Assembly: GCF_037042905.1 (NCBI RefSeq)
Contig: NC_087245.1
Span: 43,464,001-43,528,000, forward strand
Reading direction: 5' to 3'
Length of the DNA stretch: 64,000 nucleotides
DNA from: Lytechinus pictus
Lineage: Eukaryota
The translations under genes were made by a program, and so were the position numbers. Below, piece after piece: positions 1-12,907 of this stretch (within the stretch, counting starts at the first letter, position 1; every line of letters begins with the position of its first letter). The notes below the pieces were generated by a model, which worked only from the letters and a program-made list of their open reading frames with translations, had not been told where the DNA came from and made no database searches.

Positions 1-161
1 CCAGTAAGGTTACAAAAATAAGCAGCAATTACTTTAGAATAGGCAAATTTCAATCACACTGGATAAATAAAAATGCCTCAAAAGAAATGCCCAATGCTGG
101 TTGGACACATAATTAACCGCATGGAGCACTTTTACCCAATATTTGTTTTTAGAGTGCATCA

Positions 162-327
162 GGGCTCCGTTGCATAAAAGTTACTAATATGGTAACTCTG
201 TCATCCAATGGTTAACTACCATGGTAACGATGCTTAACAGCAAATCAAAATAAATGAATCCGTCGTAGTTACCACTGGACAGGAAAGTTACCATAATGGT
301 TACTTTTAAATTCATTCAACAGGGCCC
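162..327. mobile_element. Palindromic MITE (GGG(C/T)CCGTTGCA termini; PIF/Harbinger-like)
   Basis: Imperfect inverted arms gggctccgttgcataaaagttac / gttacttttaaattcattcaacagggccc; related ends at 23186-23321. Confidence 0.6.
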
Positions 328-366
328 TGATCTGATACCAGGTAACAAAGGTCTCTGATTGATGTC

Positions 367-764
367 TACACTCTTTAAAGGATTGGTCAAAATAACCAAT
401 ATGTTGGTGAATAAGTGTCTGACCGACAAAGAATGTCAAAATCAGTCATTTCACTGATTAAATTCTACCATACTTTTGGTTGATATTGACCATCCTTATC
501 GGTCGGGCATAATTCTCACCAACAGGCACTGGCGAGTCCATGGGGGGGGGGGGGGGGGGGGCAGAGCCGACCCGTGCCCCCCCCCCTTTGAGAAGCAAAA
601 TTAAAATTTGTAATGTAAAAATGCTATTAAAACACAAGTGTGCCCCCCTTGTGAAGTGAAGACTTTTTTTTTGCTTGTCAAATTTTTGTGCCCCCCCTTT
701 TTGGGAAAACCCTGAATCCGCCCCTGCCAACAGGTTACTTTGAACAACCCTTTTAAAAAGTGCA
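367..764. mobile_element. CAC-terminal MITE interrupted by a hAT-like MITE
   Basis: tacactctttaaaggattggtcaaaataacc matches the reverse complement of ggttactttgaacaacccttttaaaaagtgca. Confidence 0.6.
527..726. mobile_element. hAT-like MITE with poly-G/poly-C subtermini
   Basis: CA...TG termini; perfect 8-bp TSD CCAACAGG (519-526, 727-734). Confidence 0.85.
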
Positions 765-785
765 TGAATGTCGTTATATTCTTAC

Positions 786-891
786 CGCTACGAACATAGC
801 TCTCGTACGCAAGAGGGCAGGGTTTCTTTTGAGGTAGATGAATCCTCTCCACATAACATACCAAAGCTGTTTGAACCATCCTGCCTGGTAC
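786..891 (-). CDS. ABCG exon 10 (YQAGWFKQLWYVMWRGFIYLKRNPALLRTRAMFVA)
   Basis: Conserved connecting helix before TM1; ttattag acceptor and gtaag donor; 106 nt. Confidence 0.9.
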
Positions 892-3800
892 CTAATAAAA
901 TGAAAGGATATACCATGACTTATAAGTAACTCCGTGATTGATATTAGAAAATACAGGTAATAATAATGACAATAATGATAAACACAGCATTAACTTTAAT
1001 CCAGCATAACCTATGTAGTGAATTATTCTGAAGCGCGAAGGGATGAAAAAAGGTCGAAGGAAAGGAAGTACAGATCAATTATGTATGCTTATTTCTGGGT
1101 AGTGAACATATGCAGACATGAAATTAACAATTTTAAGCTGAAAAAAGTTAAAACAAATCATTTAAGATAATTTTTTGTTTAATCCTTATAAGGCGATTCT
1201 GCTGATCGGATCCTCAGTGGAAGAGCGTTCTAGAGAGATGGAGCTGAAGAGGCAATTGGTGAAGAATTACCCCCTTCAACATAATACCAGGTTGTTAATC
1301 TTGCTCGAAGTCCAAGTACAAATCCAGTACAGAAACAAAGCATCTTCATAGTTATTCAATTTATAATGAATATTGTTTGATTTAAGCCATGGATTCAATA
1401 TCCACGCCATGATTAACCCAATCAACCCATGTGTATGAAAATAATGGATAGGTATATTAGGATGTATTGCTTGTCTGTACGATTACTCGAATTTAAAGCC
1501 GGGAAAAAAATGCCCTTTAAGATCGAATGTAGTCATTAATTTATGTCAATCAACGCTAAATTGGTATAGGCGTATTGTTATCATTCATGCTTTTAACAAT
1601 AAATGAAATTTGTACAGGATTCATGTTAAAAGGAAACCGGTGAAAGTGAGTATATAAATTATCGTGTAGTGGTACATACCCTATATCTTGCGCATCAGAA
1701 GTGAAATCCTGATTGAAAAGTGAAACAAACAAAAATGAAGGAAATTTAGCTTCAGAAACAAAGAGAATCGTATCACAGGACGTCAAAACAAACAAATATT
1801 TATATAGGATCACAACGCAATATACACACCATCATGACAATGTATGATTGTAAAGAAAATAAAAGTAATTCCTAGAAAGTTTAATAATCACAAGCTTTGC
1901 AAATAAACGTTTCATACTATTATTACCTCTGAGAATTCGAACCTATGTAATAGGTATCAGGTACGTGAGAGGTACATTGAAATTCGCAAATAAAGGTATA
2001 ACATGCTTTTACAACATTGGCCACTGAATTCACGTTTAATTACTTTGGAATTTTAATCGTGTTATAAATATGAACCGTCAAGATAAATTGACGCCAAGAA
2101 ATGTAAGGAAATTTTACCTCCACTTTGGCGTTCCTACTCAAATCAATGGCAAGTCGTCGCCGAGCCTCGGTTTCAAAGGAAGACTTTTTGTATTCTTCTG
2201 CAATCCTCTGCAAACGAATGATAAAATCAAAAAGAAAATAGTGCATATCCACATAAACTATAATAAGCCCTCATCATGTAATTCTGGTTTCAAAGGTCAC
2301 ATAATTCACTGCAATGGACAGAGAACGACCTTCTCCAGGTTACGCTCCTGCATGCAGGAATTTGTGTCCAATGCAGATTTCAATGTGATCAAAATTTATA
2401 TCTATAGTCCGTTTGCCATTCAAATTTCTATCTGCAGTTGATATCGGCCGATCGGACATTAATAAAGGACCGTGTAGCTACACACCCTCAGATTTATTCT
2501 GACAAACCCCAACTAAGGTTAAAATCATGAACCTGTCAGCCAGTGGCAGATTCAGTGTACATCCGGCCCGTGCCCCCTGTAAAGAGACATGGTAAAAAAT
2601 ATAATGTAAATGTGCCGTTCTTACACAAGCAGGGTTCTAACAGAAAATTGAAAACAGAATTCCATGACTTTTCCATGACTAAATTGCTGCTTTCCATGAC
2701 TTCCCGTGACGTCCCGGGAGTTGGCATGTCACAAAACCGGGAAAAATGGAAATCATGAACACCAATTATAATAGCAGAGTATGCATATATGATCACAGAG
2801 TATGAAAGTGGCAAGACACGACAAACTGGAAAGCTGCCATAGCCAAGAGGCAAATGCAATTTAATGGCCTTTCCATGGCTTGGGATAAAAGTACCCCCCC
2901 TTTTGAAAATCCTGGATCCGCCCCTGCTGTCAGCTATTGAATAAAAATAATCCCAATCGCATTATTTTCTTAACAGCTGGTAGGTTCACATTTGAAAGGC
3001 CAAACACAGTAGCGTATTGAGCCAAAAGTTTTCATGGCGTATTTGTCAAAATTTCAAAATAGCTGCTAGCAAGCAAATATTTGGATCGTTTTGATATAAA
3101 CATTTTTGCGATAGATTTTTACATGATATTCCTAAAATAATACCATATTTCACCTTCCTTTGTCCTTGGTCGTGAAATTTTTTAGAGGTCAATGGCCCCA
3201 AGTCCCCCCCCCCCCCACACAATATGTACGCCAGTGGTTAAACAAGTTCGATTCAGGGAGAGTGTCATACTATGAAATATGAGGGTGATGTTACCAAAAT
3301 TCCCCAAAAGCAAGACAATAGATTAGTACGAGACCTCACTGTTTCATTTGTACCATGAAGACAAGTTTAACCCACTGCCTACTGGAACAGTGTATTCCCT
3401 GTACAAAGCCTATGGGAATGAAGTAGTCAACAGAGAAGTGACTTACTTGGACGCGGTCGAGGCAACCCGCCTCTTGACCAGGAACAATGGCCAGGAGGGC
3501 AATAAAGTAATCCGCGGGTGAGTAGGTGTCTGGACAATCGTACCCGATGTTGCTGAAATATGATATACTCTCCGAGCGTGGACCGAAGTAGGAGATGGTT
3601 CCGTCAGCGAGAAGAAGCAATCTAGCGAAGATGTGAAAACGGTATTTTGTTAGAGGTATAGACTGCGAAGGGGGTGGGATGAGAGTCGTTACGTCCCAAA
3701 ATATTAGTTTTGATAGGCCTTATATACATTATAATTATTACATCAATCTAATAAGTTTGATGTGATTATAGAAGTTTCTTTAGACGCCAATATGTTGCAT

Positions 3801-6800
3801 GAAGCGAGTGCCGAGCATGCATGGTAGAAATTACTAATGACGTTCGATATCCCAACCTTAATTTTGAGCACTCGATCAAAATAAGATAAACATATTTTTA
3901 AAAAATGAAATAATCTAGGTATTGACGTTCAAATATGTTCCATTCACCATCGCATGCACATGAAAAAAGAAATCGTTGCTGGAACGTTATATATGCACAA
4001 TCTTTATAAAAATATACATTTAACAAAACAAATCAAGGTGAGTGTATATATCGGGGTCAATGACTGCATATAACGTGATAATGAGACTGATAGGCCCGTA
4101 TTCTGAAGTTGGGTTTAACTTAAACTCAGGTTTAAAGTTGTGGTTTAAGTATGGGAAGCCAAAATTATCAAAATTTTTATTAAGTTGTACGTTTCTTATG
4201 TTTACTCTGCTCTTTCCTGATTCATCGATGGTATAGACAATCATCTATTTATACTTCCTAGATAATTATGAATGATTTGAGAGCCAAGTGAGCTGAAATA
4301 TGATATCTCTACTGTTAGTGATTTATGTAACAATTGGCCATCCATACTTAAACCACAACTTTAAACCTGAGTTTAACTTAAACCCGATTCAGAATACGGG
4401 CCATTGACTTTTAAAACGGCCGGCTTTCGGGAGGGGGGGGGGGGGCATGAACGTGGTTAACCTACTGATCAAACATGTTGAAGACTTCGGTTGAAGGTTG
4501 GTGGATGGTGCAGATGATGTTGTACCCCTGTTCAGCTAATGATCTAAGGTTGCTAACCAGTAGAGCAGCCATGTAGGAATCCAGACCCGTGGTTGGTTCA
4601 TCCAAGAACAGCAATTTTGGCTCAGCAAACAGCTGCGGTAAAGTGTATTCAAGAAGGGGTTGTCAGCGGCAGTATTAGCGTATATGATGAGTACAAAGCT
4701 TTGAGGGGGTCAGAGATGGCAAATGGGGGAAAGATCCTGAAAAGCTAAGGAACGAGCGAATATATTTGACGGTTTTTTTAATACAAAATCTGCTCTCCTT
4801 TCGGAAGATTTTTACAACATATCTAGGAAGTAGTATCATCTTTCACCCTATCCAAACAACCATACAGCTGAAATTTAAAAAAAAAGAAAAAGAGAAGAAA
4901 TCAATGACGCTTGTTCTTCTATTTACAAAGCAGTTCCATGGACAACACATATTCAAATGAGAGAGTCGATGCTGTCCCTGACTCACTATTTCTTTGTTTC
5001 GTACGCTCTGAATTAAACAATATATCAATTATTATTGCAGATTTGACAAAAAGGACCCTCTTAATCATGATTTTAAGACAATCTTATCCGCTCACGGAGG
5101 AATTAAACTATGTTTCACATCATGATTATGTAAAACAAAAGAAAATGGAAATATTTCATGGGTGACGTCATATGTTACCTCATTTGCATACTAAACATGA
5201 TGTGTATGAAACTGTTTTCTAAAATTAAGTAAAATTTTAAAATGTCATAAATTTCCTATTTTATAACCGATTGTGACAAAAAAATAAGTGTTAGGTAATA
5301 TTCTCTTATCTTCCCTTTTTTAATGAATCATATTTTTGTTGGGGTGGACTTTCCCTTTAAGATATCTTTATGAATATTACTTACCTTAGTCGCCACTGAC
5401 ACTCGCTTTCTTTCTCCTCCTGATACAGATTGCTTTCCTTTTATTACCGTGTCCTGGCACTTACGTAACGAGAACTGCAGAAAATCAAATGAATTATGAT
5501 AATTAATATTACACAGCTAAGGAGATGGGATATAATAGTTCAATTGCAAATAGTGCAATTTCCGCAGTCATTATTATACTATCATAATTGGTTTGACATT
5601 ATTCACAACCCTTGATTATGCATACGCCTAGTTCTTGTTGTTGTTATTCTTTTATTATTATTTCCACCATTATCTTTATCAATAGTAGTATATCATTATC
5701 AGTATTTTTTACTATAACCCCTATCAATATAAACCCTATTATTAATAATAATATTATTTCACTATTGGTATCATTATCACTGCCATTATAATCTTCATTA
5801 AAATAATTATAGTCATCATGATCGTCATCATTATTATTGTTGTCATTGTTATGAATTTTATTTTATTGGAAGTGGTGTCAACTAATCATAATTATCATCA
5901 TTATTGATTTATCATCATCATGATCATCATCATCATTATACGCATTATCATCACTCTTGTTTATACATACCTCTTCTAAGACTTCATCTACTTTAGCCAC
6001 CTTTGCTTCATTTGGAAGGTGTTTAGACATTGTGAGTTGAGCCTTTAAATAGAAAAAAGAACAAAAGAGTTTAATCAATTCTGAAGATTTAAAGGTTGAT
6101 TGATGGTTAAAGGCTTGAAACGATAATGATTATACAAAATGCATGAATAATCACACCTAAGAATAATTTGAAGTGTATATTCACGATTCACTTGGAAGCA
6201 GATTAACAAAAAGGGATCAGTCTTTAATCATAAAAACCCCTCTTTTTGTGTGTGTTAAAATCAAGATCATTAGATAATTCCAAAGATGTCAAATGTAATT
6301 TTTATAGAGTGTATATTTGAAGAAATATGCATTTCTTTATTTTCTCGAAAATATTGTCTTATAATTGCTATGGGTTACCATGAAAATAATCAATGTCGTC
6401 ATTATCAGAGTCTATAAAATAACAATGAAATAATCAATATAATCATAATTAATCATATAACTCTTATCAATCATCAAAATTATAATGTTGCTTTTGTCAT
6501 TAAAATAATAAATCATAATTTGTTATTTTGATGTTGTATTGAGGAATGATATTTACACAAAACGTGAGGTACTCCTTGACTGTGAGTTCACCGGGGAGAA
6601 TGTCATGCTGTTGTACGTAGCCAATAAGCTTGCTGCTTTGCATGCCATATTCGCTGATTGGTATTCCATTGAGGTACACGTGACCTTTGACTTCGAGACC
6701 CGCCAACCCTCTCTGATTGAGGACGTTCAGCAGAGTGGTTTTACCGGCGCCACTATAAACAGGTTTACATCAAGAGAGACAGAGAGAGATGGGGGGGGGG

Positions 6801-9800
6801 GGACGGGAAGTAAAAACAGAGTTTGGGTAGTCTGAAATTGAATGATTAGACGTGTTTAGGCATTTTTGAAGGGAAGGTTAAGAACCAGGCAAATAATACA
6901 TTGATTGCAATGGGGCTATATTCATGAGGTCATATCTTCGGGCGCCATGGACCGATTCCCACCAAATTTGGGTTGTGGAGGTATTTCATCACGCCTTGCG
7001 TGATGAAATGGTATTAAAAAAAACCCGCTGAAATGAAGAAAAAAAAAGTTTTTATGACGTCATCACTTCATTACTCTATAAACGATATTTACCATATACA
7101 CGTATCAAGTTGGGGGGGGGATTGTTATTCAGTTTTTCCATTATTTGATTCAATTAATGTGTGAATTGAGAATTATTGATTATTCTAAAGTAAAAATGAA
7201 ATAAAAGCATGTTTAATTTTATTACCTGCTTCCCATCAACGCTGTCAGGGTACCGGGGTCTGCTACACCGCTAACTGCAATGTGAACAATCAAGAAAATA
7301 AGTATTCCAGTTGGTAAGGAAACTACTCCTTGGTTTAACGTCATTCAACAATCGTAATAAAACATAGAAACATTCTAAATATATCTGTTTATTCATGCTG
7401 CATTGGAATTATTCAAGTTGTAGTCCTACGATCGCATAAAATCACATAGTACTAATGGTGTCACGCGCGTAAAACATTCCCCATAGACTGAAAAATTCAT
7501 AAAAAATAAATGTGAAATTAGAGGGTCAAATGTTTACTACCATTGGATAGGATATATATATCTGACATTCCATATCTGACCAGGAAAGGGTACCGTAGCC
7601 AGCTCATTTTAAAAATAAATCGCCATTTATGAAGATAGCTACGAATGGATCAAATTCATCAACTGAAACAGTAAAATAGCCCTAATTCTTCTGCCAGTCA
7701 AAGAATAGTTCCAAGTCACGTATATATCTTCCCAATTTGGGCAAAGGAAGTTCAGTAGTTACCATCCCAAGGATCAGTGTTAGATTTTCAACCATAATCA
7801 TGAGCTTTTACAATCAGCAATATCAAATTTAAAAGAAAATGGATGGGTTGGGTCCAGTGGCGTACCTAGGATTTTACAAAGGGGGGGGGGCAAAAAAAAA
7901 GGTCTTCAACCGCAAGTAAAGGACATTTCGCACCAGAAAAAAATTGACAAGCAAAAAGAAAAAGAAAAAAAAGGTCTTTAAGTTCAAATAAATGACCAGT
8001 TTTGACTCGTCAGGGGGGGGGGGGGGCAGACTGCCCCCCTCCTAGGTACGCTAATGGTTGGGTCGAATGAATATCTTATGCCTTCCTGTTGTAATTAGGC
8101 TCATGCAACCTGATTCAGCAGATTAAACAATGGCGATATGCGGGCATATTTAAATGCGCACGCTTCGTAAATGCAAATTGTAGCTTTGAATATCTATATA
8201 GAATTACCGGTAAAGGCCCGGTTCCACTGGCCGGCGAACACAAAACGTATTCATAACGGATACGGCGGTCAAGCAAAATTTTGGGGTGGCTCAATCCGTT
8301 TTCATCCGTTCCAGACAATGGACAAAATGGGCGAACAATGAGATCACAGTGGACGGATGCTCGATGGATATACACTTTTGAAATGGCTGCCAAATCAAAA
8401 GATATATCAATTTTGGGGAAAACACTTGCATATATGGAAGCCAATAAAGTCAACTTTCAAATGACACCAAAAAGTTGGAAAACTATTCATGCTTGAGCGA
8501 GCACTGTCGACTGAAACATAGGGTATGAAAATTAGGCTGGGCCTGAATTTAGCCTTCCAATTTCTGTCAGTTTTTGAGAGGCAAATCCTATGGAACTTGC
8601 AAAGTTAAGGGTGTTGTGATAAATTAATGATCAATTAACCGTGACCAGTTTTGGTTGTTTAAACAAATTTAATAAATTATTAAATTGAACGTTAATGCAT
8701 GAGTGAATACAAATTACACTATTTGGGAAGCATTTCAACTTTATCATGTGGATCTCAGCAATGTGTTCGTGGGAGTAGGGAGAATAGGGGGTGAGATAGG
8801 ACTTAAGTGAGAGAAGTAGGTTGATGGAATAAGGGTCAACAGAACATTTAGCCCCACTCTCTCTTTCCCGCCCTCCCCTCCTGTTGACATGTATGCGTGA
8901 AGTCAGAGCAGAATGCTGATTTAGTGATAAATCATTTTTTTTCCTATCAATAATTTAATCATCAATAAAATCAACTCATTCAATGTGCAATGTGATCAAT
9001 CAAACATTTGGTTTTTTCAATAAATTATTTCATAAATCATCATAATCAGTCAATTTCTTGGTAATCATTCAATGAAAAAAAAACGACCATTAGCCACCGG
9101 TCACTTGGCAGTTAAGTTTTGAATAGGCTACAATCCAGGAAGTGAGAGAGAGAGAGAGAAGGAGCCGGGGAAATGGAGGTGAAGGGGGTAGGGAACATTA
9201 TGACTTTTATTTTGTAAAAGGACACAAAGATGAGGAATGCTCTTTTAACCAAGTCTTACCATATCTCGCCCTCTTGCTTGTAACGGGTACCATCACATTA
9301 CTCTGACTCTCACAAACACACTACTGAGGTCCACATGATGAATATGCTACACTAAAATTACAATTCCTGTTCACTCATGCATAAATTTCAATTTGATAAC
9401 TCATGAAATCTGCCTAACCAAAGATTTTCTCACTCCTTAATTTAGCATAACACCGTAGCTTTGCAAGTTCCAAAGGACTAACCTCTAAAAAAACTAGCAA
9501 GGCTAATTCCTGCTCAGCCTAGCCAAGCTTAGTCTCTCAGGAGAGAAGTGGGGGGGGGGGGGGTAGAGATGGAGGAGGGGTTGCTATATGTTTTGTTGAC
9601 CTTTATCCCATCCACGTACTTCACCTACTTAAGTCCTATCTTACCCCTTATTCTCCTGACTCTCATGAACACATTGCTGAGATCCACATGATAAAGTCAA
9701 AATGCTGCACTGAAAATTGCAATTCATGATCACTCATGCATTAAATTTCAATTTCATACATGTAACTCAAACAACAAACTGATCACAATTGATCATTAAT

Positions 9801-12262
9801 TCATCACAAAACCCTCAACTTTGCAAGTTCCAAACAAAATATAAAGCTGAAAGAAATTGGAAGTCTAATTCCGGCCCAGGCTAATTTTGATACCCTTTGT
9901 TTCAGTGGGCAGTGCTCGCTCACGCATGACTAATTTTCCAACTTGTTGGTGTCATTTAAAAATTGACTTTATTGGCTTTCCATATATATAAGTCTTTCCC
10001 CCCAAAGTGATATATTTTTTATTTGGCAGCCATTTCAAAAGTGTATATATTTTTTTTGTAGGGGGGGGGGGCGCACTGTAGAGCGTATGAAACACGTATG
10101 CAAAGAGTACACAACGGATACATAATGTTTTCCAACGGATGGCAAGATTCTTTAAACGTTTTACATCCTCTCTGCATCCGTAAGTGCAGTGGAACCAAGC
10201 CTTTATGTTTGCCCATTTTGTCCATTGTCTGGAGCGGATGAAAACGCGGGATGGAGCCAACCCGAAATTTTGCATGTCCGCTGTATCCGTTATGAGTACG
10301 TTTTGTTTCTGACGGCCAGTGGGACCAGGCCTTAAAGGGATGGTCCGGGCCGAAAGTATTTATAGCTTAATGAATAGAGTAGAATTCACTGAGCAAAATG
10401 CCGAAAATTTCATCAAAATCGGATAACAAATAACAAAGTTATTGAACTTTAGATTTTAGCAATATTTTGTGAAAACAGTCGTCATGAATATTCATTAGGT
10501 GGACTGATGATGTCACATCTCCACTTGTTCTTTTGTATTTTATTATATGAAATTAGGTTTATTCAAATTTTTTCATCCAAGAACTAGGAAAATGAGATTG
10601 ACAACTGATTTAGTGCATTAGATATTTATTGCTGCAACTTATTTCATTATAAGGGAGACATATTATACACACAAGTATGAAATAATGAAAAAAATATGAT
10701 TTTATGTAATAACATACATGTGTAAGAAAACGGAAAGTGGAGATATGACATCATCAGCCCACCTAATGAATATTCATGACGACTGTTTTCACAAAATATT
10801 GCTAAACTTTAAACTTCAATAACTTTATCATTTGTTATCCGATTTCAATGAAATTTTCGGCATTTTGCTCAGTGAATTCTACTCTATGTATTTAGATATA
10901 AACATTTTCAGCCCGGACCATCCCTTTAAGGTTCAAGGTGCCACAATCTCTAATATATGAAATAAACCAGTTTCGAGTAAGCCCACATGACAAAAATTAC
11001 GTCTTATTATTCAACACATGGATAAGTCTTTCTTTTTGTAAATTTTGATAAGCATTCGCATTGTAACAGAGGTGCTCCTTTAGGTTTATTCGTAGCCTTT
11101 TAATTCATTCTCCTATATCTACTTCAATTTGAACATTATGGAATGTGCCTATATGAGTGAACAATAGACTACTCGCGATGTGCATTTCAGTTTCGACAGG
11201 TGGGCACTTTTCAGCCATGAGCATCTCGAGACGAATTATTCTATTCACCTTTTTTTAATAAAAGGTGGTTTTCGCACTGTCACGCAGAAGGCTTTCAAAA
11301 ACATACAAAATGTTTTGGCAAAAGCCTTCCATAGCAACGAGCAACCAAGAGGTCTTTGTCGAAAATTGGTGAATCAAAGCAATAGTTTCCTCCTGGATTG
11401 TGAACAAACGAAATATTTGCAATTTTCTTCAGATCCGGACGATCTGCTGTTTCAGTTCACAAATTTTCGACAAAGACCTCCCAGTGGCCGTGATTTGTAT
11501 TGCATTTTCGATTTTTTCCCCGTGTTCTTTAATTTGTTTTGCGTCCCGGTGCGATACTCGCTAATGAGGCCCGGTGTTTAAAATCAAGTCTGATTGATTT
11601 GAGGGACAAATGCTGAGATTTTTTTTAGGATTCACAGAATAACCCTTACAAAAACATTGTGAGAGAGGGCACTACATATACTGTAATGCAAAATACATTA
11701 TTATCGGTGGAAAAAAAACAAAACGGTCGTTACATTGGCCAATTATTCAAAGGAATGTCGGATGAAACTCTAATATAATTCGCATTATTGAGCCTCTATC
11801 AATTTATTAGGCTGTTATTGTGTGTGGAAAACTGTTAACGCTTGTCCGAAAGAGTAAGTAAAGAGTAAATATGATGCTGAAATATTATTTTTTCGTGATA
11901 TGATTTCGATCATTTCCTATCAGAATACAAAAGTTTGTAAAAAGTAATACATGCGGAGAAACATTACACAACACTTTAGCCTACGCAAAAGCCAACGCGG
12001 GATAAGGAAAAAATGTATCAATATAAAAATGAGAACATTCACCTCCTTTCAAAATCCTTTTCATCGGTGGCGGTTTTTCCCTCCGTAGTCGGCCCATGAT
12101 CCCGCGAGAGGGATGGTGGTTGACCACCAGATCCTTCCATGACAGTGTAAGCTGTGACTGCGGTGGAACGGTGATCGACGAATGATTACGATGTCGCGGG
12201 ATTCCATTGTTCTTGAGGTTGTCTCTCCCCAGCAGAGGTAACTCTTCCAGTCTGCGATCCAT
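786..12262 (-). CDS. white-like ABCG half-transporter gene, 5' part (10 coding exons, 398 aa in window; 3' exons lie beyond the left edge)
   Basis: Manual splicing with GT-AG introns gives one continuous frame containing Walker A GSSGAGKT, Q-loop GYVQQHD, signature VSGGERKRVSVA, Walker B/D-loop LLFLDEPTTGLD, H-loop CTIHQP, the ABCG motif SPADYF and the pre-TM1 WFKQLWYVMWRG...RNP. The NBD-before-TMD order is typical of ABCG. Confidence 0.93.
1680..1708 (-). CDS. ABCG exon 9, 29-nt mini-exon (DFTSDAQDIG)
   Basis: ttttcaatcag acceptor and gtatgt donor; its 3n+2 length is exactly what joins exon 8 to exon 10 in frame. Confidence 0.7.
2118..2207 (-). CDS. ABCG exon 8 (RIAEEYKKSSFETEARRRLAIDLSRNAKVE)
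   Basis: tttgcag acceptor and gtaaaa donor; 90 nt, phase 0-0; linker region. Confidence 0.8.
2541..2926. mobile_element. hAT-like MITE
   Basis: cagtggcagattcag...ctggatccgcccctg termini; perfect 8-bp TSD CTGTCAGC. Confidence 0.85.
3007..3236. mobile_element. hAT-like MITE, older copy
   Basis: cagtagcgta / tacgccagtg termini; degenerate TSD GCCAAACA/GTTAAACA. Confidence 0.6.
3447..3621 (-). CDS. ABCG exon 7 (LLLLADGTISYFGP...CPDTYSPADYFIALL...DRVQ)
   Basis: ABCG-typical (N/S)PAD(F/Y) motif; AG acceptor and GTAAGT donor; 175 nt. Confidence 0.93.
4093..4402. mobile_element. MITE with ~65-bp TIRs (GGCCCGTATTCTGAA; Harbinger-like)
   Basis: Near-perfect inverted repeat visible at both ends. Confidence 0.85.
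4466..4632 (-). CDS. ABCG exon 6 (LFAEPKLLFLDEPTTGLDSYMA...CTIHQPSTEVFNMFD)
   Basis: Walker B, D-loop and H-loop; 167 nt. Confidence 0.95.
5110..5360. mobile_element. Partial Kolobok-like MITE end
   Basis: Ends ...ggggtggactttccct-TTAA, resembling the complete element at 10336-10925; left boundary approximate. Confidence 0.45.
5385..5474 (-). CDS. ABCG exon 5 (FSLRKCQDTVIKGKQSVSGGERKRVSVATK)
   Basis: ABC signature motif; ctgcag acceptor and gtaagt donor; 90 nt. Confidence 0.95.
5560..5955. repeat. Degenerate (ATT/ATC)n low-complexity tract
   Basis: Runs of attatt and atcatc in the ABCG intron. Confidence 0.7.
5971..6042 (-). CDS. ABCG exon 4 (AQLTMSKHLPNEAKVAKVDEVLEE)
   Basis: 72 nt, phase 0-0, AG acceptor and GTATGT donor. 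Confidence 0.9.
6557..6752 (-). CDS. ABCG exon 3 (GAGKTTLLNVL...GYVQQHDILPGELTVKEYLTFC)
   Basis: Walker A and Q-loop; AG/GT boundaries; 196 nt. Confidence 0.95.
7226..7274 (-). CDS. ABCG exon 2 (VSGVADPGTLTALMGSS)
   Basis: ttgcag acceptor and gtaat donor; 49 nt; phases fit both neighbours; first half of Walker A. Confidence 0.92.
7855..8056. mobile_element. hAT-like MITE
   Basis: TIR cagtggcgtacctagg / cctaggtacgctaatg; perfect 8-bp TSD GTTGGGTC. Confidence 0.9.
8214..10332. mobile_element. PIF/Harbinger-like foldback MITE carrying a nested element
   Basis: aggcccggttccactggcc... / ...ggccagtgggaccaggcct with ~150-bp inverted arms; TAA on both sides. Confidence 0.8.
8373..10043. mobile_element. 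Nested foldback element, CAC termini, TA flanks (CACTA/EnSpm-like)
   Basis: cacttttgaaatggctgccaaat / atttggcagccatttcaaaagtg; inverted arms of about 450 bp. Confidence 0.8.
10336..10925. mobile_element. Kolobok-like foldback MITE
   Basis: TTAA TSD; AGGGATGGTCCGGGC termini; ~190-bp near-perfect inverted arms. Confidence 0.88.
12043..12262 (-). CDS. ABCG exon 1 (MDRRLEELPLL...QLTLSWKDLVV...KRILKG)
   Basis: ATG at 12262, typical LSWKDL and ILKGV motifs, donor GTGAAT; 220 nt, ends in phase 1. Confidence 0.85.
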
Positions 12263-12907
12263 GTCAGCCAAGGCGCTGCAAACGCCTTCTTTCAGCAAAG
12301 GAATTTTCAACTTGTTGTATTTAAAAATGAAATGGCGCAGATGTAATAATGAAAATGCAGATCAAATCCTTCGAATCTTCTTTAATAATAAGAGTCTAGT
12401 TGAAGAACATGAGACCTTAACGCAGTGACGGTAATAAGGGACTGTTTGGTCTATGACCACGTAGTTAGCAAAGGTAGAAAGTTGAAGCGTTAGAATGTCC
12501 GCCGTTATTTAGCGTGTGATATCTTGTAACCCAATTGACACGAACATGATGGATATAGAAAAAGACTATAAGAAAAGCTCTCTGAAACGGCAGTTTTATG
12601 TCTTATTCCATGAGTATCCTGTTCATCAATAAAATTTACAAATACCCTACCTATGGCTCAGTCCTACAAGCCGCCTTGCCGATATCTCGAGTAATGAACC
12701 TACTTTTAGAATGATTCAGCAGAATACCGTCAAAAATATACACTACCGGTACCTAAAGTACCCGCAGAATTAAAGTCATCTTTGACTCTATTTTGTATAA
12801 TTTGTTGAAACTGGTACCTACCTCACGATGAGCACATTATTGTAGGTCTATCCATTATGTATGAATGAGTAATGGAATGTTACTGGTACTTTATAAATGT
12901 ACATAGT

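Noticed and set aside
1..158. Hydrophobic LLLIFVTLL stretch as the next ABCG TM exon
   Set aside because: The in-frame codon after the only acceptor is TAA; the region looks like the end of a CACTCTAAAAA-type repeat.
1927..1942. 16-nt AG/GT-bounded micro-exon candidate
   Set aside because: Its 3n+1 length breaks the ABCG reading frame.
11180..11581. 133-aa plus-strand ORF in ABCG intron 1
   Set aside because: GTG start, no recognisable motif, and no supporting splice structure.
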